A model generated the notes under the pieces. The model had not been told where the DNA came from, ran no database searches, and saw nothing but the letters and a program-made list of their open reading frames with translations. A stretch of DNA of 64,000 nt from Sminthopsis crassicaudata (taxonomy: Eukaryota): positions 373,331,261-373,395,260 of the forward strand of contig NC_133620.1 in assembly GCF_048593235.1 (NCBI RefSeq), written 5' to 3'. Positions 51,280-62,834 of this stretch are shown piece by piece. Each line of letters opens with the position of its first letter. The first letter of the stretch is position 1. The translations under genes and the position numbers were made by a program.

Positions 51280-51700
51280 TAGGCCCTGGGGGGCGCAAAG
51301 ATCCCCGCGGAGATAGCGCGCCGAGCCGACGACTCGGAGTTCGGAGCTCGGAATAGGCACCGGAGTTATAAAAAGAGCCGCCCGCAGAAGCTGGTGGGGG
51401 GAGACTGAGGAAAGGGGAGGGTGCCCCCCCCGGCAGCCGCGGCCCCTTCAGGTGGGTTGGGCGGTCGCAGTGGGAGCGTCGGGTGGCGGCGGCTGGGGGG
51501 GCTGCGGTCTGGGCGCCCCCAGCGGTTTCCTGGGCGGCTGTACTTCGAGGGAAGCGGTGCAGGCAGCGGGGGGCCTAAAGTCAAGAGGTGGGCGCACAGC
51601 AGCTATACTAACTTGGGATTCCAGTTTTCCTACTAGGAAGTGACTGCCCCCCCATCCCAAAACGCAGGCCCTCCAGAATCTCTTCCCTCCACATCCTAAA
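51280..51700. promoter_or_regulatory. ZBTB7B: Candidate ThPOK silencer / distal regulatory element
   Basis: GC/CpG-rich block ~3.3-3.7 kb upstream of the putative distal first exon; RUNX site TGCGGT at 51503-51508. Position fits the RUNX-dependent Zbtb7b silencer known in mouse (inference by synteny). Confidence 0.5.
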
Positions 51701-52489
51701 ATATGTTTCCCCAGTTCTCGTGGCGTTTATCCCCCAACCATGAGCTCCTTCCTGGCTGTTCCTTCTCCCGATCTCCCATCCCAAAGGACGGGTGCCAGCC
51801 CCCAGTGCCAGCGCCATTCTCTAAGACAAACTTCCTTACTTTTCGGGTTACTTACCCCGTGCCTCAACAGCCCCGCCCCCTCCATCTCCCGAACGTTACC
51901 TCTCTGGTTGGGTATTTATTTTATGGGAGAGGGGAGAATCTAGCTCAGGCCCGAGGAGTGTGGAACTTTTCCACTTGCCCCTGGAGGCACCTGCAGGCCT
52001 CACCCGGTTCCGACCCAGTCCGCCCGGACTGGACCCAGATGGGAAGGGGAATGAAGGGACAGGGGTTTGAGAGAGAGGGATAGCAAGAAGTCCACGTTTT
52101 TCTGTTCAGTTCTCCACCTTTTGGTTCTGGATGGCCAGAAGCTGGGACGGTTATGTCCGGATTGCCTGCCTCACCTTCCGAGTGGGGATCCGAGGGGAAC
52201 CGGAGGACAGGGACTGGACACTGAAAGGAGACTTCCTGGGAAGGTGGAAGGGGTTTGGATGGATTGGGGGTGGGGAGGGGCTGCGGGGAATGGGAAGGTG
52301 AAGAATAAGTGAAGATAAGCGAAGCTAAGTGAAAGGAGAGAACCGGAATGATTCGGATTCTTAAGGAAATGAAGAATTGAAATTCCTCCACCTAGAAGCT
52401 ACCCACCCCCATACGTCAGATTGGAGGTGGGGGGAGGTCACTGGACTCTCTCAGGCGCCGCTTCCCACACCAACTAGGAGGTCACTGCA

Positions 52490-52670
52490 ACCTTTTCTGT
52501 CCCTTAGTAGTGTGACCTTAGACAAGGCAAGTAACTCGAGTCTTTTCTCATCTGTAAAATGGGGATACTGATATACGTAATGCCTACCTCACAGGGTTGT
52601 TGTGAGGCCCAGTGAGATAATGTTGGTAAGGCGCTTTTCAAAGTGCTACATAAATACCAGCTATTACTTA
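52490..52670 (+). mobile_element. MIR
   Basis: TAGTGTGACCTTAGACAAG...TTTTCTCATCTGTAAAATGGGGATA...CCTACCTCACAGGGTTGTTGTGAGG. Confidence 0.8.
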
Positions 52671-54559
52671 TATCGATATTTCTTGTGCCAATTTGTCCTT
52701 GGCGCTCCCTCAGTCCCCCCGCCCACTTTATGCGTGCCCTCTCTCTGCTCTGTTCAACTCTATCCCTGGCATAGTCCCTTCTTGATTTCGAATGTGCCCC
52801 TGGCACTGCCCCCTCTCGCCTGGCACCGGCCCTTCCCCAGGCCAGCCGGTCCCAGGAGGTAGGGAAGAAAGGAAGAAACTCCGGCCTGGACTCTACTCCT
52901 TCCAAACCCTTACAAACCGGACTCTGTCCGCCGAGGCCAGCAAGAAAACCCGGAGAAACTGTGACCATCTACAGAGGGACTGGGGGGGGGGTGGCAAAGG
53001 GGGAGGGAGAACGGGTGGGAACGGATGGAAAACCCGGAGCGGATCTCCCGAATCAAAGTTCCCACCTCTTCATATACACACCCCCTTAAATGCCCCAGAA
53101 CCTCACCCCCCTAATTCTCCAGTGAGATAATGTCTGGGGGTGGGGGGCTGTTTGCCTTGGCCTGGGCCCTCTGGGGCGCCTCACACTTTCCGCCCCTGGC
53201 TGGGGCGCAGGGCAGCGGCCCCGAGGCTGAGTCACGGCCGGCTAGGGAGGGAGTGAGTGTGGATGAGGGAGGGGCCCGGACCCGAGCTCCTCCCCTCCCC
53301 CTAGCCAGGGGATCCCGGGTCAGCCCGGGTGAGGGACTGGGCCCCCGCGACGCCGCCCATTGTGGTCCAACAGGTTCAGCTAGTGTCCCACGAAGCCACC
53401 TGCTTTGGGGGGGGAGCCCCCGGGCCGAGGAAGGAAAGAAAAGGGAAGGAAGGGAGCGAATCTGACCCGGTTCGGCCTGGCCAGAATGGGAAGAGAAGCT
53501 GGCCAGCTTAGCTGAGGTGGGAGGGGTCCGTCAGGGACCGGGAGGCGCCAGACTCCTAACGGAGCCTCCCAGTCCGCTCCTGTACCTTTGGTTGGGGACA
53601 GGGTGAAGTACAAAGTGCCCTCTCCACCTCAGGTGGCTGTCCTGCCACAAACTCACTAGCTCCTATCGTGACTCTCCTCCCGCCTCCCAAGGCTTTAATC
53701 TCTGAATGGCACTCCGACCAGGACACAGGCCCTCGATTAACGGCCTCAGTTTCCCCAGTTATCAAAAAGTGAAAGGAATTCCAGGCTCTCGAACCGGAGA
53801 GGAGGGGCGGAGAGAAGAAGCAACGTGCCATCCCTATTCCCCCGCCCCCTTCCATGAACTCAGCCCCTCCCCGCTGGCAGTGCCAAGGCCGCAGCCGGGC
53901 ACAGGGCTGGGACTCAGAGAGCGAATTCTGCCTTTGGGCTTAGCCGAGGCGTGTGTCCCCATTCCGTGGGATGCTGTCACGCGTGTGGGAGGGACTCGTA
54001 ACGAAACCTCTAAAACCAGACCCCTTCCCTCCAGTCTAAGGGGGTTGGGAGTTGGAGGGGGGTGAGGGACATGGCTCTCAAGCCTTGGCCATTGGTGACT
54101 CCACCCTCCTCTTCCCTCCCTCCTTCTGCTGTGACCTGATTATTTCCCCTGCTCTGGTTTACCACCCTTCCTTCGCCCAACACTGAGTCCCTGATTCCGC
54201 CCCCAATCAATCTCCCCCCTTTTATTAACTCCTTCACAAGCCACTTCCCTTCCTTCTGCTGTCCCACCCTTTGGGGAGCCCTTTGGGACTAAATGGGAGT
54301 AATAGGGGGAGGGGGAGGGGCTGTGCCCAGACTGCTGCAGACAAGGTCTCCACCCCCCCCTTCTCCCAGTACCATTCCAGTCCAGAAGCCCCGCCTCTCT
54401 CCCCAAGGGCCAAGTTGGGACGGGCCTAAGATTTCGATTGACGGGTATTCCAATCAATAGAAGAGCTGGGCGGTGGAGCTAAGGGGCGGGGGCGGGGCAT
54501 CCCCCTCGGGTTGGATGGGGGTAGAAGGCGGGGTTTGGGTTAAGGTGGACTGGGGGTGA

Positions 54560-54720
54560 TAGCTGCAGGAGGAGGGAGAGGGGAAGAGGTATCGCGGCAG
54601 GTGAAGGGGAAAAAGAGGGAGAGAAGAAAAGAAGAGAAAGGAGGAGAGAAAGGGACGGAAGAAGGCAAAAGAGGAGGGGAAGAGAGACAAGAGGGGAAAA
54701 AGAGAAGGGAAGGACAGGCC
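54560..54720 (+). repeat. Polypurine (GA-rich) low-complexity tract
   Basis: A near-pure G/A run at ~54600-54715. Confidence 0.8.
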
Positions 54721-54799
54721 GGGTAGTTCTGAAGGGACTGGCTGGACTAAAGGGCTGAAGTTTATGTCCTTATTGGGCGGAGGGGGGGCCTGAGGGGGG

Positions 54800-55238
54800 G
54801 TGGTGGTGGAAAACCAGGAAGTGACAGAGGGTGTTGCTAGGGCTGGGGAGGGGAGTGGGGGGGGCTTCAGGAGGGGGCGGGGGGAGGGAGGGAGGGATGG
54901 GGGGAAAGGAGGCTGGAGGACAGGTGAGACAGCAGGACAGGTGAGGCGGGCCCGGGGGGGTGGGGGCGGGGGGTGGGGTGGGTGGGAGCCAGGTGGATGA
55001 GCGGCTCCCAGCAGCCAAGGGGGGGCGGGAGGCAGGAGGAGGCAAAGGGAGGCGGAGGAGGAGCCCCCCAGGAGCAAGCAGCCAGCGGACTGCCCGCGGC
55101 CTTCTGACCAATATTGGAGCAGAGCCCCGAGGCTCCGGCCCCCTACGTCCCCCCGAGCCCACAGGGCCTGGAGGGGGACAGCGCGTTCCCTACAGCCTCA
55201 TCTCACAGCCCTCTGCGGACAGACCCGACGGCGGAGAG
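54800..55238 (+). other. ZBTB7B: Putative ZBTB7B (ThPOK) distal non-coding first exon in a CpG island
   Basis: Strong donor GAG|GTAAGT at 55239; ETS CAGGAAGT ~54816; CpG island ~54.9-56.5 kb. Gene identity is from synteny only, since no ZBTB7B coding sequence is in the window. Confidence 0.6.
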
Positions 55239-58200
55239 GTAAGTGCGCCCCTGCTCCTCCCTCCCGGCTCGGGCACCCCTCTCAGTCCGACACTGCTGCA
55301 GTGTCCTTCGGCCGCCCTGGGAGGGGGACCCCCGCGCAACCGTGCAGCTGAGACGAGGACTCCCGCCCTCCGCTCTCTCCGGCGCCTCGGAACTGGTTTG
55401 GGCCGGGGAGGAGGGTGCGGAGCGATCGCGAGGTTCCCGGGAACTTTCTCGGCACTTCTCCGGGGCCCAGGTGGCTTTTTTTTTTTTTTTTTCCTGAGAT
55501 GAGTTGGAGTCACTGGGCGCCGAGCGCTCCCCCGGCCGCTTCTCGGGACGTTGGGGGACCCTCCGCGGGGGCAGGGTTGAGGGAATGGAAACGCTGACTC
55601 TAACTAGGACATCGCCCCCCCCCCGCTCCGGCGCGGTGAACTGGACCCCCGCCAGAAGTCCGGGGGGGCGCAGGAGGAGACAGGCGGGGAAAGTTACCGG
55701 CTGCACTATTCGGTTTCTAGACCTTCCAGGACCGCGCTCGCTCGTGCCGCTCTCCCTGTTTCTGCTGCTGGGGCTCCAGCCGCCCGCTCCCCTCTGCCCG
55801 GTCCCTTCCTCCTCCCCTCTCATAGCGGCTGCCCCGCGCCTCGGACCCGAGCTGGGGGCGCGCTGCCTGGAAGCGCTTCCCTACGCCCCCTAATTCCCTG
55901 GCGCTGGAGCACCTGCCCCCACCCATGGGTGTGTGCGCGCGCGTGTGAGGAGGGGTCGCGCCGGGGCTGCCGAGTCGGACCGCCCGCATGCTAGGGCAGA
56001 TTTTGAAGGGGGGTTTTGGGGGGTTGTTTCGTGGAGTCTCCAGCCCTTTTCCTCTTCCCACCCCCTACCCCACCCCGAATCGGAGAGCGACGTGTCCCGG
56101 CCGGGGCGGGGGGGGGGGGGGGGGGACTCTGGGAGTCCGGGGGCCGGCGTGGGCAGCGGGCTGTGCCCGGACACGTGCCAGCTCCTGCGCCCCTGCCCGG
56201 CCGGTGTTTGGAGAGAGGGCGGGGTCCCTTGCTCCCCCAGCCCCCCCACTACGTATCAAAGGGCGGCTGAGACGTGGTGAGACCTCGGGGCGCCCTGGGG
56301 GGCGGGGAGCTTAGGTCCGGAGTAGGGGAGGGGCAGAGGCGCCGGGGCTAGCTGACCCACAGGAAACGAGCGCCGCTGACCTAGTTTGGGACACCGGAAG
56401 TGGGTGCTCGGAGGAGAGGGGGAGACAGGGAGCAGGCAGGCGGTCCTGGCTTCCGGGCCAGGTGGAGGGCTTTCCGGAATTAGCGCTGTCCCCTCATGCC
56501 TCGGACCCTTCTGCTCTGCTGCTGGGAATGGGGATGAGTCAGCGTTGCCCCTCCCCCCGGCGCTTCCCTTAGGGGAGTCAGAGGGATTGTGGGGGGAGAG
56601 ACCCTGTAGGGCAGGGAGGGGTTAAACTAGGACAGGAACTCTTTGTTGGGGGGAGGAGAGGAGGGGAGTGAAGCCTGGAGGATTATGGGGCTGGCTCCTT
56701 CTCCCCCCCCCCAACTGGTTTGGTCACCCCTCTACCTGCCTGGCACTGCCAAAGGGGGAACGTGCATGGGTGTAATGAGGCAGGGGGCACGGGGACAGGG
56801 GCTTATTTGTGACTTGGCCTAGGTGGTGGCAGCAGGAGAGAGTGGAATGGGGGAAGCTCCCCCTGGAGCAGCTGATGAAACCTCGGAGAAATCTCCGCTC
56901 CCGCCTCCCATTCTGGCCCCGGGGACCCCAGACTCCCCCAGTGACACCTGTGTGTTAGATGGTTACCGTGGGCACCGTGCAGCCCTTGGGCACCCCTGGG
57001 CACTGCCCCCTCCCTTGGGCACCTCCTAGGCACCGCCCTGCCACTCTTGCCCTGGGGTTTCAGGAAGGGGTTAATGCCATTAGGGAAGGGGGCTCTGGGA
57101 AAGGAAGAAGGCAGACTCCACTGGATTGATGTGCCAGGAAGAGAGGCCGCACCGAAATCTAGCAGAGTCACATCTAGGCCCTGGTGAACTGGACCCTGGT
57201 TTCCAGGAGATAGGATTTGCCCCCTCCCCCTTGCCATGGTGCCCCCTGGTACTCAAGGGCCCCCAGCTTCTCCTTGGCTTGGCGCCTGCCCTGGGAGGGC
57301 GCGGCGGGCAGCGGGGGCTGGGCTAACAATGCACCATCGGGCCCTTTGTGTGCTTATACTTGGCACCCTGGGGAAGGGTGGGGGAGGGGTGCCCCCCCTG
57401 GTAGGCATGGGGGGGCGGGGCGCTTCTGGGGTGGGGACAGTGGAGATTTGGGGAAAGCTGAAAAGAATAAAGGCAGGTGGGAAGAAAAGGGAAGTAGGTC
57501 AGATAAGGGGGCTAGCCCCCACCCTCATTCCAAGCCAGGCTAATGCACCAGCAGCACCCCTTGGCTCCCAGATGGTATAAGACTGGCAAACAGGGAGCTG
57601 TATGTGGTTGGGAGTTGGAGGTCATAGGTCACTGTCACAGAGAACTGCCCAGATGGAGGGAGGAGGGCCTAGTGCTCCCCCTCCCCTCTGGTGGGCATAA
57701 AGCCCAGTTCCCCTGGCCCTCTGCCCCCGAGAGGCCTAAGAAGTAGGGAGCAAGAGTCAGAGGCCCCACCCAGGTGGGTAAGTAGGTGGGCATTCTGCCA
57801 GGTTACTGGCCTCAGGACTAAGGCCTCTACTTCTGCCAGGCTCAGCCTCCCCACAGGCTTCTAAGTCAGGGCCCACCTGGCGAGGAGCCTTTCCCTACAT
57901 TGAAGACTTCCTGGCCTCTGCTAGGCTGTAATAATGAGGGAGTGAGCGAACCTGTGCCTGCCTTGTACTTAGGCTGGGCAGAGGGGCGGGGAAGGAAGGT
58001 AGGGATGGGCAGATGGATAAGACCCTGGCATGGGTGTGTCTGGCCTGGCCTCTTCCCCCTCCTGCTGAGTAAACTTGTGAGTAAACTTGACGTTGTGCCC
58101 GGACAGTTTGAAACTATCTTCGCCACCCCAGCTCCCTAACCCCCATCCCCACCCTACGCCACCTCCTCTCAGCACCCGATGAAACCAGGAACCAAGACAG

Positions 58201-59167
58201 GCCCCGGCGGGATGGAGAAGGCACTTGCCGCCCGCCGCCCACCCGCCCTCGGAGGCCTTGGAGGAACAAGAAAAGTCCCTCTCGCCCGTGCCGGGCAACG
58301 TGCTTTAGTGGGAATCCCAGCTGAGCAGAGGAGGCTTCTGGAGGTCAGAGATTTCTCTGAAAACAGGCTGGGATCTTGCAGTCAGTCCATCACCCCAGGC
58401 CTGGCCCCCCAGACTCGTCCGCCCTTCACACTAAGAGGGCTCCATTGGATGTTCCCCCAGCTTGTCCTGGAGAAAGACGCTCGTCATCCCCTCCCCCACT
58501 CCACCAACCAACCCTCTTTCTGCAAAATAGGTCAAGGGGGCACTGAGGAGGCAGCCGAGTTAGCAGGGCCTCTGCATGGGGTGGGGGCGGGGAGGGCTAT
58601 GGAGAGCATGGCCACCGTGTGCCAGCATCCTTGTCTTCTCTCCTCCTGGCCTCCACCCCAAGGACTAACTCGGCAAAGCCACGCGCTCCTGGGCCTCCCC
58701 GGCAGCCTCCTCAGAACTGTGGGCCCCTAAAGGTCAGAGGCTGGCCCAGCGGGCAGGGCAGGTGGCAGAGATCAGCCAGGCAGGCTCCTCCCGTGCTGCT
58801 GCAGTGGACATGGCCCACGCGGGGCACCCTCGTCCCCGCAGCCTCCGAGTGGGGGCTCCCCGGGCCTTTGTTCCAGGGGCCTCATGTCTCTGGCTTTAGT
58901 TTCCTTCCTGTTTCCCCTCCTATACCCCCACCCCACCCATATGCCCCTTTCAACAGACATCCTCTCCTCCTTCCTTCCTCCTCGCCTCCCCTCTGCTTGG
59001 GCTCTGGAGTGGGGGGCAGCTTGCCCCCCCATGACTCCTTCTCCATCCATGTTTTCCTAAACCAAGGCTCCTTGCCATCTTCCACTTCTCCTCCATTCTG
59101 TACACCACTCTGGGCCCTAGCTCAAGGCAGGAGGGGGGACCTAGATTGGCAAGAGTAGGTCAAGTGA

Positions 59168-59223
59168 ACTACAACTCCCATGGTGCACTAGGGTGCTTCA
59201 TGAAGTACCCTGGGAACTGTAGT
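59168..59223. promoter_or_regulatory. Inverted pair of ZNF143/SBS (ACTACAnnTCCCA) motifs
   Basis: ACTACAACTCCCATGGTGCA (+) and ACTACAGTTCCCAGGG (-). Confidence 0.7.
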
Positions 59224-61099
59224 CAGTCATACTGGAAATGTTGGGAGTGGGTAAGAAGGGAGGCAGAGCGAGGTGTGGTGCATCTCCTCCATGTTTGTCC
59301 TGCCTTGGCCACCTCAAGCTCCTGTGGCCTTCTCCATGATTCCGTGACACCCACAGTTGCCCTGAACCTGATGCCAGTGTCACATGCCCTCTGGGGAGAG
59401 AGTCCACCCACCCTTCTCTTGTGGCCCCACCCCAGAGTGCCCACGCCCTGCCCAACTACCCCCGGGGGAAATGAAATTGGGGGGCGCCTTGTGAACCCCT
59501 CACCTGCCCCAGGCTCTGCTCACTCCCTTTATGGGGATCAAAGGGCAGAGTGCTGCCCCACCCACCCCCTCCCAGGCACAGGGGCTCCAGGGAACCCAGC
59601 AAGAATTGCAGGGACTTTGGTGTCCAAGCAGATGCTGGGGGGGGGGGGTCCTGCAGCCTGGCATCTGGTGCCTGGGAACTCGTGCCCCCTCCCCCACCCT
59701 GGCGGCGCGGGGCCTCCACTGTTGTGCTACAGATAACACCCATCACTGACTACAGGTTCTCCGTGAGGGTGCTTAGGGAGACCTGGAAATAACTGCTGCC
59801 TTCAGAAGGAGGGATCTGGGAACCAGGGCCTCCAGGCTTGTCTGTCTATGGGACCCGGGGGTCCAGGGCTGCACCAGGCTGGCAGCAAGGGTAACATAAC
59901 CCTCCCCCATCCCTACCCCAGAGTTGGCATGAGAATCCTGAGAGCAGGAGGATTGGTTGGGGGGAGGGCAGTACTGCCAGCATCCTGGTGGGTAGGTGCC
60001 AACCGGGCAGGGAGCTGGTGAGGGGCAGCTGGCCAGGGGCACAGTGCCAACTGCCAGCAGGAGAGAAGGGGAGGGGGCATTTCAGGGGACATTACTGAGA
60101 GTCTCCCCACCCTGTTCCCTTCCCGGGCTCCAGCAGAAACTAATTCAACCAGTGCCTAGTCAGCCGTGCCTGGATTCAGGGGACGCCCCCCAATATCAGC
60201 ACCTCCTGCCTCGAGGTCCCTGGTCCCTGGCAGCCAAGGAAAGGAGCCTCTTTGTTCCTGCCCGAACTTTAAGCAGGGACCAGAGTCCTGGGTGCCCCTC
60301 CTCAGGCCCAGGCAGGTCCCACCCAACCCAACTGGCCAGGATGGCAGCAGGCTTGCGCAAGAGGTGGGGCCAGGCCCTTCCCAGCAGATGCCCCCTCCTG
60401 GCTCCTTCCTCTTTCAGTGCTCGTTGCTCCCCTCTCTCACCCCCAAAGGAGACACCGTACCCATGTCCCCCCAGCCTTGGGGTTGGCGCGATTGCTGCCC
60501 CCTGGCCTGGTTGGCAGGGGCAGGCGCCCAGGCCAGGAGCTGTGGTATGTGAGTGGGTTTGGGGTGAGGCTATGGGGAGGGCGGGGTGCTGCCCCGCCTG
60601 GCCCCTGAGGGCCCGAGCCTGTCACCAGGGTGGGAGGGTCTGGCCAGCTCCCATGGGGTGGGGGGCCTGCTCCTTAACGAGGCTCCTAAGGGTCTGAACC
60701 CTGGGCCTCAGAGACACCCAGGTTGCAGGCTTCCCACTCCTCCCTGCTTCTCCCCTTCCTTTCTAAGACTTCTGCCCCTCAGCCCCGGAGCTCTCTGGCT
60801 CTCCCAGCCCATTAAACACGTTTTCATGTCCTTTGTCCGTCCTAGCCCTCCGCTATCCCCAGCTCCTCGTCCTCCTTGCCCCCTCACCTGCTTCCAGAGT
60901 GGGGGGAAGGAGGGAGGGGACCAGGAGTTCTAGTAATGGTGCCAGGGGCAGAGTTCTGCCAGATTCTTGGGTCCTTCTCCCACAGTGCTGGCTCTCCCAG
61001 TGGCCCCTCCCTCCAAGCCTGAAGTGGGGGGGGAGGGAGGGCCAGCACCCAGAGGGTTAAGGCTGCTGGGGGAGGGGTTGGGCCAGGCCGTGGGCGGCC

Positions 61100-61248
61100 C
61101 CTTTGAAGAAGGGAGCTGGATTGGGGAACGGGCTCCCCCCATCCCGCCCCCAACCCGCCCATCAACACCCCCCCAAGCCCTGCCTCCCCCCTGCCTGCTC
61201 CCCCCAGGGGCCCAGGAGGAGTTGCAGCCACCGCCCCTCAGCGTGCAG
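61100..61248 (+). other. ZBTB7B: Putative ZBTB7B proximal non-coding first exon
   Basis: Strong donor CAG|GTGAGT at 61249 after a GC-box-rich stretch, ~6 kb downstream of the distal exon. Fits the two-promoter structure of mouse Zbtb7b. The 5' end is approximate. Confidence 0.5.
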
Positions 61249-62798
61249 GTGAGTGGGGCCCGCTCCCCAGGGACTAGGAGACCGAGGCCCTAGGGAGTCT
61301 TGGAAGAAATGGGGGCGATAGAGCCTTGAAAGCAGTCTAGGGGAGACGAAGAGAAGCCACTCCAGGGGAGATGGGTAAATGAAGGGACTGCGGGCACCGG
61401 GATGTCCGGGAAACGTTTGAAAGATTGAGGGGACCAGAGAAGCGGAAGAGAACAGAAACCTTGACCCTCGGGGAGTTGGACTAGGAGATTGCCAGGGTGG
61501 GAAGATAGGGTTGGCAGGCCGACCGGGCCAAGGAGCTGGGCTCAGGGGACCAGGCTGGGGTGTCTTCTGGGGCTGGGGGGCTCAGGTTTCTGCCGGCAGC
61601 ATGGCGGGTGTGGGGTTACCAGGCGGCTCGGTTACCCGCCCCACAGACGCCGAGCCTCAAGGGGTGGGGGTGGGCAGCAGGGCAGACCCTGGTACCTTTG
61701 GGCACACCTGCCAAACCTCCGTGGAGAGAGCTGGGAGCTGGCTGGCGTACCCCCTATAGCTAGACATGACCTCTTGAATCCTGGGGTCTTCCTGAGGGGA
61801 TAACAGGCAGAGTGGGGCGCCCCCCGGGGAAGTCCGGTGGTTCCAGGGTTGGAAAATCTGACGGTCTAAGCCTGTCCCCAACCCCCACACACATCCGCTC
61901 TCACTGTTCCCCACCCTACCCCACCCCCTCGATCCTTCTTTCTTTTCCCCTCCTCTATCCCTTCCTCAATCCTAGAGGCCGTCGTGAGGACTTTGGACAA
62001 GGGCATCGGCTCCTATGGCACTGCCGGGGTTTGAACAAAGTGGGCTTCTGGCTCTGATTTGATTCTGTGCTCCGTTCTTCTCTTGCCTTCTACCCTCTAG
62101 TAGAGAGATTGAATGGGTCTGGGAGAGATACCGCGGAGGATTCAGTGGGAAAGATGGGGACGGGTCGCAGGAAGGGCCTGAGGGGGATGAGAGTGGACAG
62201 AAGGAGGGAGAGGAAGAGCTGAGAACAGGGATCTTCCAGAGAACCAAAGGGAGAAAATGGAATGGGGAGGAGTGTGGTGAGGAGAGACAGAAGGAAGGGG
62301 AAGAGAGGGTAGGGGGACACTCCATGAGGGCCATTGCAGAGAAGTGAGGGCTTTCTTAACCTAGGCACCCCCTGCCCTCCCACCACCATCCTCTTCCCTC
62401 CTATCTCCCCTGCTGGGAACCTGGGCTGCCGGGGGCTCGCGGCATGATGAGACTAAGGTGGGTGCACCAAGGTCTTTCCCTTTTGGATGCCTGGGATGAG
62501 AGGCTTAGGGGGAGGTGGACTCCCCCCCCCCCCAGCACCGGGAAGCAGCCAGCTCCTCTCACCTCCTTCCCCCTTCGTGGCTTGCGGTCTCTCCCCTCCC
62601 TGTCTTGGCCCCCAGGAAGTGTGAGTTCTGGGGGTGGTGAGGTTAGGAGGGGGAAGGGATGGGGGGAAGCAGCAGAAGCTGGAGGGGCTAGGGCTGGAGG
62701 GCACCACTCCTTTGTGCACCTTGGGATAAAAGGCCTTCTCTGAAGCGGCCATGGCAAGCAGAGCAGCAGATGAGATTTCTATCCCCTCTTCTCCTCAG

Positions 62799-62834
62799 GC
62801 TTCTCCATCTTACCGAGCGGCCTTGAGATGCAAG
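62799..62834 (+). other. ZBTB7B: Possible small internal 5'UTR exon of ZBTB7B
   Basis: Good polypyrimidine acceptor CCCCTCTTCTCCTCAG|, weak donor AAG|GTTTGA. Confidence 0.25.
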
